Assembly: GCA_963767735.1 (NCBI GenBank)
Contig: CAVYES010000007.1
Span: 96,001-160,000, forward strand
Direction of reading: 5' to 3'
DNA length: 64,000 nt
DNA from: Candidatus Bathyarchaeota archaeon
GTDB taxonomy: Archaea > Thermoproteota > Bathyarchaeia > Bathyarchaeales > Bathycorpusculaceae
The notes under the pieces were generated by a model, which made no database searches, had not been told where the DNA came from, and saw only the letters and a program-made list of their open reading frames with translations. Shown piece by piece: positions 47,916 to 58,276 of this stretch; position 1 is the stretch's first letter, and every line of letters begins with the position of its first letter. Made by a program: the position numbers and the translations under genes.

Positions 47916-48218
47916 ATGATCAGGCAGAGAGCATCAATCAAAAAATGGGCTTGGCGTTACATAAAATATAATATTATAGGCTTAACGGTATTCGCAATAA
48001 ACATTGTTATTTATGTGATTATCTTCCCTTTTTTAGGAGAATGGTCCTATATTCTCGTTAGCGTGGCTGGCGGAATTATGGAGTTTGCATTGATAACCTA
48101 CGTTAACAAAACCAAAAAAGGAGTAATATTTGACAGCTGCACTCCAATTGATAACAAATCAAACGACAAACAATCGTCTCCTGTAACGAATACTTACCAG
48201 ACACATAGATTAAACTGA
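47916..48218 (+). CDS. GtrA-like small membrane protein
   Basis: RYIKYNIIG..VF, two TM helices; paralog of 48451-48729. Confidence 0.6.
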   Translation: MIRQRASIKKWAWRYIKYNIIGLTVFAINIVIYVIIFPFLGEWSYILVSVAGGIMEFALITYVNKTKKGVIFDSCTPIDNKSNDKQSSPVTNTYQTHRLN

Positions 48219-48450
48219 ATCAGTTAGAGAACTAATCGAGAAAGTCGGGAAGAAAAGTTTTAGACAGCTACCCCAGAAAGTGATTATGCCCATATCGGAC
48301 AAGTTAGCTTATCGTACTTGAGTTTCTGTAGATATAGAGTTTGGCCTTTTCGCTCGTTTTGACGTTTTGGAGTAAAAAAAGTAACATTGTTGATTGCTTA
48401 AATATGTGCAATGATTCTAAATATTATAAACAAGTTTTGAGCATGATAAC

Positions 48451-48729
48451 ATGGACACTGGAAAGAAGAGTTTTGGAAGAACAGCATTGGATTGGATTTT
48501 ACGCTTCATCAAATTCAATATTATTGGATTTATCGTTTTCCTCATCGGAACCGGCATCTTCGCGCTTACTTTCGGCACGTTTGGGGCTTGGGCATGGGTA
48601 ATCGCAAGCGGCTCAGGAGGCATATTACAGTTTATCTTAATCAGTTTCTTAAACAAAACAAAGATAGGAAAAATATTTGAAAGTTGCGATAATAAAAACA
48701 GACATGAAAACGAAGACAAAAGTAAATAA
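48451..48729 (+). CDS. GtrA-like small membrane protein (paralog)
   Basis: RFIKFNIIG..VF, shared NKTK.G.IF.SC tail. Confidence 0.6.
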   Translation: MDTGKKSFGRTALDWILRFIKFNIIGFIVFLIGTGIFALTFGTFGAWAWVIASGSGGILQFILISFLNKTKIGKIFESCDNKNRHENEDKSK

Positions 48730-49105
48730 AAACGAATTCTTGCGAAGAAAAGAGTTTTTCAGTCGAAGTAGAATGGTCCCGTGAAGCTTTAATCTTATAA
48801 AAATCGGCTCTGCGCGTTTAAGATCATCGAAAGCAACTATCAAGAGAACATCCGTAAATCGTTTAACGCTGTTCCGAAAAAAGGCAAAAAAATAATGGCT
48901 CGAGGGCAGCAACTGAGCTTAACCGATTGGGATGCTTCACATCCTTGCTTTTCCGCAAAGACCCCTCCTCGCCAACTTGTTTTGCCCAAAGTAAATTTTT
49001 TCGATTTTTCTATTCTATCTTTCTTCGAGAAAAATCAGGTATCTGACAAAAAAGTAATAAAGCTTAAACAACCGAGTTATTTCATTCTTAAAGGGGGAAA
49101 ACTGG

Positions 49106-50383
49106 TTGAAGTTAATCTATGTTGCAATAGACGGCATGGGAGATTTACCAATCAAAAGTTTAGGAAACAAAACACCTCTTGAGGCAGCTGAAACCCCAAA
49201 CATGGATGCTCTTGCCAGAGGGGGAAAAACTGGGTTAATGTACTCAGTGAAGAAGGGTGTTGCGCCGGAGAGTGACGTTGCTGTTATTTCACTTTTAGGT
49301 TATGACCCATTCAAGTATAGCACTGGCAGAGGCGTTATCGAGGTCGCTGGCTCAGGTTTAGAAATGAAAGATGGCGATTTAGCGTTAAGGTGCAACTTTG
49401 CAACTTTAGGTCAAGGAAAAAACATAATTGACCGCCGAGTAGCAAGAACACTAACCACTGAAGAAGCCACTGAGCTAAGCAAGGCAGCTAACGAAAAGGT
49501 TAAGCTTGAATCGTACCCTACCACCTTTGAGTTCAAAAACACGTTGGGGCACAGGGCAGTTCTATTAATAAAGAGCAGGGGAAAGCCTCTTTCAAGCAAC
49601 ATAACCAACAGCGACCCAGCCTACACAATAGTTAACGGCATCGGCGTGGCGCAAGCTAACGTTGAAATGGTGCTGAAAACCTGCGAACCAACAGACAAAA
49701 CAGAAAAAGCCAAAGTTTCTGCGGCACTGGTTAACGAGTTCATTGAGAAAACTCATAAACTGTGGGAAAATCACCCCGTAAACATAAAGCGTGCGGCTGA
49801 GGGCAAACTTAAGGCAAATGTTGTTTTGACTCGAGATGCAGGGCACCTTCTCCCAAAATTCTTCAACATAAACCAGCACTACCACGTTAACTTCGCGGCT
49901 CTGGCAGATATGCATGCTGAACGGGGCATCGCGCAGTTGGCAGGCATGGACTCCAAGCTTTTGCCGCCGCCTTCAGGCAACCTTCGAAAAGACTGCGAAG
50001 TAAGAGTCAAAGCTCTGCTAGATGTGCTGCCCAACCATGATTGTTTCTACATTCACCTTAAAGGTCCAGATGAACCCGGACACGACGGAAACTGCACCGC
50101 CAAAACGCAGATTATCTCAGCAATCGACAAATACTTCTTTGGACCATTGCTAAAACAGATTTCTCTAAAAGACAACATCATCTGCATAACGGCCGACCAC
50201 GCTACGCCTTGCTCATTAAAAGTGCACAGCGACACACCAGTCCCCGTATTAATTTCAGGCGACAGGATAGACGACGGCAAAGCTGTAAAGTTCTCAGAGA
50301 AAGAATGCGCGAAAGGAAGCTTAGGCATAATTGAGCGTGGCTGCGAATTAATGCCAAAACTCATGAAGCTAATAAAGGAATAA
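49106..50383 (+). CDS. apgM: 2,3-bisphosphoglycerate-independent phosphoglycerate mutase (archaeal type)
   Basis: DGMGD, TPLEAA.TP.MD, PESD, KGPDEPGHDG, TADHATP, HS.TPVP. Confidence 0.9.
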   Translation: MKLIYVAIDGMGDLPIKSLGNKTPLEAAETPNMDALARGGKTGLMYSVKKGVAPESDVAVISLLGYDPFKYSTGRGVIEVAGSGLEMKDGDLALRCNFATLGQGKNIIDRRVARTLTTEEATELSKAANEKVKLESYPTTFEFKNTLGHRAVLLIKSRGKPLSSNITNSDPAYTIVNGIGVAQANVEMVLKTCEPTDKTEKAKVSAALVNEFIEKTHKLWENHPVNIKRAAEGKLKANVVLTRDAGHLLPKFFNINQHYHVNFAALADMHAERGIAQLAGMDSKLLPPPSGNLRKDCEVRVKALLDVLPNHDCFYIHLKGPDEPGHDGNCTAKTQIISAIDKYFFGPLLKQISLKDNIICITADHATPCSLKVHSDTPVPVLISGDRIDDGKAVKFSEKECAKGSLGIIERGCELMPKLMKLIKE

Positions 50384-50394
50384 ATCTGCAAAAA

Positions 50395-52032
50395 CTAATT
50401 TCGACGCACCGACAAGACCTGATTTCTTTCTAATATTCTGGAAAAATATGGCATGAAATCGGAGAGCAGTTTAAAATTAAGCGCCTCTATGTTGCTGTCA
50501 ATTTTAGGGTTGGTAATTCTTTTTCTCACATAGAACACGTCGGCTAACAGTACAACCACAACCATACCAGCTACAAATGCAATGGCAGCGATGACCATTT
50601 GAGAATTCATAGCGCTTGACGGAGTTGAACTAGGCAACACCGATGGAGTGGAAGTAACAATAGGAGTAGGAATTGAAGTGGCTACTGGAGTAGGACTTAA
50701 AGTAACAACAGGAGTAGGAGTCGAGGTAGCGACAGGAGTAGGAGTCGGAGTTGGAAAAACGACGGAAACTGGATCAGTTATATCTATAATCCTGTACACG
50801 TACCACCCGACTGGAAACGTCCAAGTCCTCACCACCTGCCCAGCAGGATTCACCTCCACAAACACCGCACCCGTGTCGTTAAAGTTCCAAGATAGATTTT
50901 GTCCGTTTTCTGAGTCTTGCTGCAATTGGTGTGTTGGGTCCCCGAAGTCACCGATAAAGTCTCCATTAGGAAGGAGCAGGGCTCCGCCGCCATATGAGGT
51001 CCAGTACTGTGTTGGGGCTTCCCAGCTCCAGTTTACGTAGGCTGTCATGCTTGTTTGGTTTAAAGTCACTTCCAAAATTTCGCTGTGGCAATTGTCTGGG
51101 TTAGTGTTGTTCTCGTAGTCGTTGTCAAACATGAGGAAGACATCTGGAGCGACCTCTTTGACATCGTGGCAGTGATACCATAAACTGGGCGGCACGTCAT
51201 TAGCGCCGACAAGCGGTTGACCATTAGCGCCAAGAAGAGTAAAGTTGCCAAATTCACCACAAGCCCAAATTATGTTCCCCGTCGTTTGGTTAATCGCATA
51301 GAAGGTGTTTGTGTTCCGCAGGTTTAGGTAAATAATGCTGTTGTTGTAGTCCCAGTCAAGGGTGTTTGCATGAGTTACGTCCATCACTGTTTGTCCATTA
51401 GGCAACGTATCTGTCTCGTTATAAGGGGAGATTTCGCTGAGCGGTATGTAGTTGTAGGTGTCCCAGCTCCAAAGGACATTGCCGCTCGGGTCAACTTGTG
51501 CAATTCTGTCGTATAGAATGGGGTTGTTTCCAACTTGCCGGACGTAGTCTTGAAGAGTTAGAAAAGTGTTATTGACTGGATCGTACTGAATATCATGTTC
51601 GCTGAGGACATTAGGAAAGGTTTCGATTGTGTTTGAGGTTAAATTCAAGAAATTGGTGACCCAGGTTGGCCAGGCAGAGTCAGGGGTACCTACTTGTGGC
51701 TCGCCTTCGAACATTAAAGTGTCAGGTGCAATGTTGTACGCAGGCCCATAACTACTGGCAGACTCACGCACACTAAGCAGGGTGCCATTGGTGTTCATAA
51801 CCACAAAATAATTGCCTGTTCCCCCAACGCCCATAAAACCAGCACCTAATTCCAAGTCAAAAGCTATGTCGCCACTCCACGCGCTTCCGGTTGTGTTGAT
51901 TTTGCAGGGTAAAGTAAAGTTGCTGGTGGGTTGAGAGTGGGTGATTGGCAAAAAGATGGAAAGTACAAGACATAATGCAGTAGCAATTACTACTGTAAAA
52001 ATGATTTTCCGGTTTCTTGTAAAATGAAACAT
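50395..52032 (-). CDS. Arylsulfate sulfotransferase-like surface protein
   Basis: Signal peptide, EHD, DVTHANT, N.RN, HCHD, MFDN, GG..LLPNG; PT linker and C-terminal TM. Confidence 0.75.
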   Translation of the reverse strand: MFHFTRNRKIIFTVVIATALCLVLSIFLPITHSQPTSNFTLPCKINTTGSAWSGDIAFDLELGAGFMGVGGTGNYFVVMNTNGTLLSVRESASSYGPAYNIAPDTLMFEGEPQVGTPDSAWPTWVTNFLNLTSNTIETFPNVLSEHDIQYDPVNNTFLTLQDYVRQVGNNPILYDRIAQVDPSGNVLWSWDTYNYIPLSEISPYNETDTLPNGQTVMDVTHANTLDWDYNNSIIYLNLRNTNTFYAINQTTGNIIWACGEFGNFTLLGANGQPLVGANDVPPSLWYHCHDVKEVAPDVFLMFDNDYENNTNPDNCHSEILEVTLNQTSMTAYVNWSWEAPTQYWTSYGGGALLLPNGDFIGDFGDPTHQLQQDSENGQNLSWNFNDTGAVFVEVNPAGQVVRTWTFPVGWYVYRIIDITDPVSVVFPTPTPTPVATSTPTPVVTLSPTPVATSIPTPIVTSTPSVLPSSTPSSAMNSQMVIAAIAFVAGMVVVVLLADVFYVRKRITNPKIDSNIEALNFKLLSDFMPYFSRILERNQVLSVRRN

Positions 52033-52121
52033 GCTGCCCGTTTGAAGTTCTTTGTGAGCATATAAAGCTCTTTCTAAAATCAAGGAAATAAAGTTAGAAT
52101 CTTGAGAGAAGCAGTTTAAAA

Positions 52122-53654
52122 TTAACCGTTCCCTATGGTGCCTTCAATTTTAGGGTTGTTAATTCTTTTTCTCATGTAAAACATGGCAGCTAACACAACA
52201 ACCACCACGACAACTACTATAAGTGCAATGCTGACGATGATTGTTTGAGAATTCATAGCGCTTGGCGGAGTGGCACTTGGCAACACCGACGGAGTGGAAG
52301 TAACAATAGGACTGGGGGTTAAAGTAGCTGCAGGAGCAGGAGTTGGGGTGGCAATAGGAGGAGTTGAAGTGGCAACAGGACTAGGAGTAGGGGTCGGTGT
52401 TGGGAAAATAACGGAAGTTGGATCGGTTATGTCTTCAATTCTGTACACGTACCACCCGACTGGAAACGTCCAAGTCCTCACCACCTGCCCAGCAGGATTC
52501 ACCTCCACAAACACCGCACCCGTGTTAGTAAAGTTCCAAGATAGGTTTTGTCCGTTTTCTGAGTTTTGCGGCAATTGATGCGTCGGATCACCAAAGTCAC
52601 CCATAAAATCCCCGTTCGGAAGGAGCAGTGTTGCACCTCCATAGGAATTCCAATATTGAATTGGGGCTACCCAACTCCAGCTCACGTAAGCTGTCATGCT
52701 TGTTTGGTTTAGAGTCACTTCCAACATTTCGCTGTGGCAATTAATAGGGTTACTGTTATTGTCATAATCGTTGTCAAACATGGTGAAGACATCAGGAGTC
52801 ACTTCTTTGACATCGTGGCTGCCATACCATAAACTGGGCGGCAGAAGAGTACCATTAGGACCATTAACACTGGGAAGCGGCTGACCGTTAGCGCCCAGAA
52901 GGGTAAAGTTGCCGAATTCCCCGCATGCCCAAATTATGTTCCCCGTCGTTTGGTTGATCGCGTAGAAAGTGTTTTTGTTCCGTAAATTTAGGTAAATGAT
53001 GCTGTTGTTGTAGTCCCAGTCAATGCTGTTTGCATGAGTGAAATCCTCCACGGTTTGTCCGTTTGGCAATGTGTTTGTTTGGTTATACGGGGAGGCTTCG
53101 CTTAACGGTATATAATTATATGTATCCCAACTCCAAAGGACATTGCCGCTTGCATCGACTTGTACAATCTTGTCCATGAGAATCTGGTTGTTTCCAACTT
53201 GCCTGACATAATCTTGCAAAGTCAGAAAAGTATTGTTAACCGGATCATACTGAAGATCATGCTCACTAAGAACGTCAGAAAATGGTTCGATTGTATTTGA
53301 GGTTAAATTCCAGAAATTCGTAGCCCAGATTGGCCAGGCAGTGTCAGAGCTACCAACTTGCGGTTCACCTTCAAACATTAAGGTGTCAGGTGCGATGTTG
53401 TACGCAGGCCCATAGCTACCAGAAGACTCACGCACACTAAGCATAGTACCATCGGTATTGATAACAACCAAAGCATTGACTGTTGTATTTGACAGGTCAA
53501 ACGCTACGTCGCCATTCCATGCGTTTCCGATTGTGTTGATTGTGCATGGTAAGGTGAAATTGTTAGTTTGAGAAAGGATCATTGGCAGAAAACTTGAAAG
53601 CACAAGAACCAATGCAGTCGCCATCACTACAATGAAAATCCTTTTTTTGCTCAT
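52122..53654 (-). CDS. Arylsulfate sulfotransferase-like surface protein (tandem paralog)
   Basis: Same motif set (DFTHANS, GSHD, MFDN); long near-identical DNA blocks shared with 50395-52032. Confidence 0.75.
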   Translation of the reverse strand: MSKKRIFIVVMATALVLVLSSFLPMILSQTNNFTLPCTINTIGNAWNGDVAFDLSNTTVNALVVINTDGTMLSVRESSGSYGPAYNIAPDTLMFEGEPQVGSSDTAWPIWATNFWNLTSNTIEPFSDVLSEHDLQYDPVNNTFLTLQDYVRQVGNNQILMDKIVQVDASGNVLWSWDTYNYIPLSEASPYNQTNTLPNGQTVEDFTHANSIDWDYNNSIIYLNLRNKNTFYAINQTTGNIIWACGEFGNFTLLGANGQPLPSVNGPNGTLLPPSLWYGSHDVKEVTPDVFTMFDNDYDNNSNPINCHSEMLEVTLNQTSMTAYVSWSWVAPIQYWNSYGGATLLLPNGDFMGDFGDPTHQLPQNSENGQNLSWNFTNTGAVFVEVNPAGQVVRTWTFPVGWYVYRIEDITDPTSVIFPTPTPTPSPVATSTPPIATPTPAPAATLTPSPIVTSTPSVLPSATPPSAMNSQTIIVSIALIVVVVVVVVLAAMFYMRKRINNPKIEGTIGNG

Positions 53655-53875
53655 TCCAAAGCGCAAAATATTTTTCTCCCTTCAAATGAGTTATTTCTTA
53701 GAGGTTCTATTTCATTATTAAAAGACCGCGGATCGCTATTTCACCATTAAAAGGTTAAATAGAAATCGAAATTTAAGTCTTTACCCAATTTCAGAAGCTA
53801 ATTAGCAGATAAATTCATAAAGATTTTTAGGTTATTACTATTAGCGAAGGGAATTAAGATTTTGGGGTGAATGAA

Positions 53876-54010
53876 GTGTTAAAATGTAATAATTGTGGAA
53901 TGGAGATTTCAGAAGAAGAATATTTTCTTAACGAAGGCCTATGTGAAAAATGTTATAATGAGAATTTAGAAAACGACAACAAATTTAGAACTGTGGATGC
54001 CCAAACATAG
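53876..54010 (+). CDS. Zinc-finger microprotein (44 aa; not in ORF track)
   Basis: GTG start after GGGGTGA; MLKCNNCGMEISEEEYFLNEGLCEKCY... Confidence 0.6.
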   Translation: MLKCNNCGMEISEEEYFLNEGLCEKCYNENLENDNKFRTVDAQT

Positions 54011-54298
54011 CAAAATGCTCTAGGATGGCATCATGTTTTCACAAAGCAGGATGAAGGAAGTATCTCGTTTAAATTGCTATATTAAAGGAACCGAGAAGGG
54101 GAAGAAGTTCTGCGGTCTTATGGAAGATAAAATTATGCGTTAATTTTATATAGTAAATAACTCCTTAAACCTAAGACATGTATTCAATACAATATTGGCG
54201 TAGTCGCTTTGTTGTAGATCGTTTTTCCATGACGAGCGGCGGTTATTTCCCAATAACCTTGTCATTGATGCTTATCGAGAAAATGGGGGGCAAAGAAG

Positions 54299-55763
54299 TT
54301 GAGTAGTTTGCCTCCTAAAGTGACTGACGAGGAAACGAAGAATGCCGAGATAATCGCTCGACAAGACAGGATTCCAATATGGGCTTTGTCTTACCTATTC
54401 ATTGGAATACTGGGAATCGGGTACATCTTTATCTTTTTTGACATATTCAACATTAACGTCTCATTTATCCAGACCGCATTAACTTTGAATTGGGCAACAT
54501 CACCCACTTCATCAACGATAACGAGTCTGGAAGGATTCGTCGTTCTTCTGAACCTCATCGGATACGTTATAGGCGCATTAATTCTCAGCCCACTCTCAGA
54601 CAGGTTCGGAAGAAGAGACATGCTTATAGTAACGCTTTTGATAACTGGATTAGGCTCAATTTTCAATGCACTCGTCACTACTTATCCTCAATTTGCCCTT
54701 GCAAGGTTCATAACGGGATTAGGAGTCGGTGCTGATCTTGCAATCGTTAACTCTTACCTTAATGAAGTTGCTCCGAAAAACGGAAGAGCCAGATACACAT
54801 CATTTCTGTTCGTTCTTGCAGGAATCGGAACAGTACTTGCCGTTTGGCTTGGTCTCATATTAACCACCCCTGCGGCAGCGTTTCCATATGGTCTTTCATT
54901 CGCGGTCGGGGGAGCCGGTTGGTTTGCTACAAACGGTTGGCGACTGATGTATGGCATCGGCGGATTTTTAGCTTTATTCGGCGTTTTGCTTAGATTTGGA
55001 CTGCCCGAATCTACCAGGTGGCTCATAACTCACGGGCGACCCAAAGAGGCAGAGAGAATTGTATCGGAAATGGAAGCACGTGCACTGGATCACATGGAGG
55101 AACTTCCACCAGTACGAGGCAGCTATTCCCATAATTCAGAAGGTTAAGCCGGCTCCTTACTCTGAAATCTTAAAGAACAAGCTATACAGAAACAGAACCA
55201 TTCTTCTCTTTTCAGTTTGGTTCTTTGGATACATGACGGTATACATTAACGCCGCAGGACTTTCATCACTTCTCGCTGGAGTAGGCTATGCTTTCCCCGA
55301 AAACGGCATGGTTGTTGCTTTAGGCATCTTTGGGTTCTTAGTAGCAGGTGTAATGGCTGCTTTTATAGGAGACAAATTGGAGCGAAAACTTTGGTTGCCA
55401 ATTGCAGCCGTCTTCACCTTCATCGGAGGGGTATTTGTTGCCTTTGGAGTTAATCATTTTGACATTGCTGTTACTGGCGCATTCTTAATCTTCTTCGGAA
55501 TGGACTTTTGGATTCCAATAGCCTACACATGGGTCACAGAAAGCTTTCCGACGCGTGCAAGAGCAACTGGCTTTGCAATGGCAGACGGACTAGGTCACTT
55601 AGGAGGAGGAATCGGCTTGATAATTGTCGGCGCATTAATAGCTTCGGGTCTACCAATACTTACTCTGTTCGTCATAATTGCAATGTTCCAGATAATTTCC
55701 GCTATCATCGCACAGTTTGGGCCAAAGACAGCAAACAAGAGACTAGACGAAGTATCACCCTAA
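54299..55763 (+). pseudogene. MFS transporter split by one frameshift near 55115
   Basis: SDRFGRR motif A, RFITGLGVG, EVAP..GR, PES.RWL; second half ESFPTRARA. Confidence 0.8.
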
Positions 55764-55968
55764 AATCCAACACTCAGCTCCAAAGGTGAGGATTCCGCTT
55801 TTTTTAGCACCTCTTTCCTTTTTCTTGGTTGAAGGTTCAAAACAAAGTTTTGGGTCAAATTCACTAGCGAAAAAAGGCATTAAAATTAGGATGTAGGCTA
55901 CATACTGGTGCGTTCAATAGCAAAAAGATGAGGAATAGCCCCTCTTAGCTGATTTTTTGGTTTCCAAA

Positions 55969-56382
55969 TCAAGCTTTTGATTGCTCGCTAAAGTACTTTT
56001 TAAGCGGATTCCAGTACCACTCCATCCAGCCGTCAGCAGCGTCATCTGCTTGTTCTTCTGGAACGTTCGAGTGAACCATAACAAGTTCTGTTCCTGCGGG
56101 GATTGCGTTGAAACATAACTCTAATCTTGAAGGGTCGGCACCTTTTGGAAAATCGGTCGAAGTCCACTCTTGAACTACGCGTTTTCCGTCGTCAAGCTCA
56201 AGGTATTTACCGAAAATGTAACCGTCCCAAGCCGTGAATTTGCCGCCGACCACTGCCTTGCCAGTAGCCTTGGAACCTGTGAATTTACCTTGTTTTTTTG
56301 GGTCAACATAAGCATCGTAAACTTCTTTGGGAGAGGCTGGAATAACCACTTTTTGCTTTATAGTTCTAACTTTTGCTTTCAT
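55969..56382 (-). CDS. SRPBCC / AHSA1-like protein
   Basis: ASPKEVYDA, VGGKF...G.I.G, W...YW.PLK.Y. Confidence 0.8.
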   Translation of the reverse strand: MKAKVRTIKQKVVIPASPKEVYDAYVDPKKQGKFTGSKATGKAVVGGKFTAWDGYIFGKYLELDDGKRVVQEWTSTDFPKGADPSRLELCFNAIPAGTELVMVHSNVPEEQADDAADGWMEWYWNPLKKYFSEQSKA

Positions 56383-56524
56383 AAAAAACGTCTCTGCCAA
56401 ACTAGAAGCTTGAAGAGCTTTTTAACTATAACGCCACATGATCAACTGAGGCAAGTTGCACACCTATTTTTTGACGTATTTTGATTAGCTAAAAAATAGA
56501 CTTTCTATATTTTGTGACTGCTAC

Positions 56525-57574
56525 TTAAGAAGCGTTTAAAGTGCTGATTATTTCCCTGTATGCCTTCATGGCTTCTTTTTCGCTTGCAACATTTTTGATT
56601 AGCATTCGTCCACCGTTAAACAAGCTAACCTCATAACCTTTATAATTAAACATAAGGGCCAAACGTGACTTTAAACTAACATTAAACCGCTTGTTCACCA
56701 CTGGGTAAATCTCCTCAAGGTTCAGCTTTAATGGTTTTTCCGGGTTAATGTTAGCTGTGTCTCTTCCGCAAAGCCAAACCAGCCGTTCACCGCCAGCAAC
56801 CGAAGCTAAATCGCCGTGGCAGACTGAGCAACGGGTGCTTTTTGAAATGTCAATGCTGGTGAAATCCATGTCGCTGAAGTCGCAGACAAGCAGTTTGCCC
56901 TTCAAAGTTGAGCCGATTCCAGCTAAGAGTTTTATTGTTTCCATGGCTTGCAAAGCGCCAATTATTCCAGTTGTCGCCCCAAGGACTCCACGGGTGCTAC
57001 AGGTTAGTAAATCCGTATCGGAAAGGTTAGGCATCAAACATTCCAAGCAGCCAGTTTCGGGCGGAGCAAACACGGAGAGATTGCCCTCGATGCCGATGGC
57101 TGCGCCGAAAACGTATGGAATCTTGAATTTTACGCAGGCACGATTAACAAGATAACGAGTCACCATGTTATCCAAACCGTCAACGACACAGTCGACTCCA
57201 GCTAAAAGTCGTTCAACATTGCTTGCATTCACATTCTCGGGGAATGCTTCGACAGTTAAGAGCGGGTTGATTTTTTCTAGTTTTTTTGCGGCGACCTCGG
57301 TTTTGGGATAATTCAAGTCGTCAACGTTGTATAGGATTTGCCTGTGCAGGTTATGGGTTTCCACGGTATCTTGGTCAATTAAGCGCAGGTAGCCGACGCC
57401 GGCTAAAGCAAGATAAAGTGAAGAAACCGTTCCTAAGCCTCCGGCACCGACAATTGCAACTTTAGATTTAGCCAGTTGCTGCTGCCCTCTTTCTCCGAGT
57501 TCTTTAAGTATTGTTTGACGACTGTAGAATTCTTTAGCGAACGCTCTCTTTTCTGCGTCATCCACCTTAATCAT
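56525..57574 (-). CDS. MoeB/ThiF-family adenylyltransferase (E1-like)
   Basis: YSRQ, VGAGGLG, D..E..NLHRQ, DGLDN, CLEC, C..RGV, CSVC. Confidence 0.9.
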   Translation of the reverse strand: MIKVDDAEKRAFAKEFYSRQTILKELGERGQQQLAKSKVAIVGAGGLGTVSSLYLALAGVGYLRLIDQDTVETHNLHRQILYNVDDLNYPKTEVAAKKLEKINPLLTVEAFPENVNASNVERLLAGVDCVVDGLDNMVTRYLVNRACVKFKIPYVFGAAIGIEGNLSVFAPPETGCLECLMPNLSDTDLLTCSTRGVLGATTGIIGALQAMETIKLLAGIGSTLKGKLLVCDFSDMDFTSIDISKSTRCSVCHGDLASVAGGERLVWLCGRDTANINPEKPLKLNLEEIYPVVNKRFNVSLKSRLALMFNYKGYEVSLFNGGRMLIKNVASEKEAMKAYREIISTLNAS

Positions 57575-58276
57575 TCTCCAAGTGTGAGTGGTTATTCTAG
57601 CTTATATTTTGCCTCTTATTCCAAAAAGAAATAAAGTAAATGAGGTGACTATTGTGTTTTGTGAAATGAAATTTTATGTTTTGTTCAGTTTTTTGTCTTG
57701 TTGTTGTTACTTGTTAATGGGAGTGAAATGAGGTGTTGCTTGGGTAAATGTTTATAGGCTAAGCTACTACCAAAGATAGTAGCCAGAGAAAGAGAACCCG
57801 AAAGAAAACATCTACTGAGCAAACAAAGCAACGACCGCCTCCACGACAACGGATCTAACCAAACCGATAAATTCATTCTCCTTTCAATCTGTTTGTGACC
57901 CGTTAACCCCTTTTCCCGTGGAGGCGGCGAAGCTCCCCTTGCTTCGAAAAGAAGCGGGTTTCTTAAAGAAAGTTGGCCTCAGAATCTTTGTTCTCTAAGA
58001 ATTTTAACGTAGAAAGCGACCATTTCATGTTGAAAGTGCGGGACGTTGGGTCTGTGCACACCTATGTTGAATCATGTTTGGCGTCTATTGAATCATCTAG
58101 CAGACCTGATGGTAGGCTGTAGCGCACAAAAACGATGCCTCCTATAGGAGACCTAATTTTTGTGACAAAATCCAGCCACAAAAACATTGCGTGACCGACC
58201 CCCCCCCCTCCCCACTATTTACAACCAACGCACTAGAGGAAAAAGCAAACAAATAGAAAATAGATATTTAACGAGG

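Noticed and set aside
48270-48277. ccccag as a fourth att site
   Set aside because: Only about 6 bp match the tRNA and no conserved arm precedes it; expected by chance.
55100-55147. Two separate MFS half-genes or programmed recoding
   Set aside because: A single indel in the central loop explains it; mutation and sequencing error cannot be told apart here.
57600-58270. Small ORF 57685-57876, short hairpins and poly-C tract
   Set aside because: No coding or RNA-family signal beyond the dispersed motif already reported.
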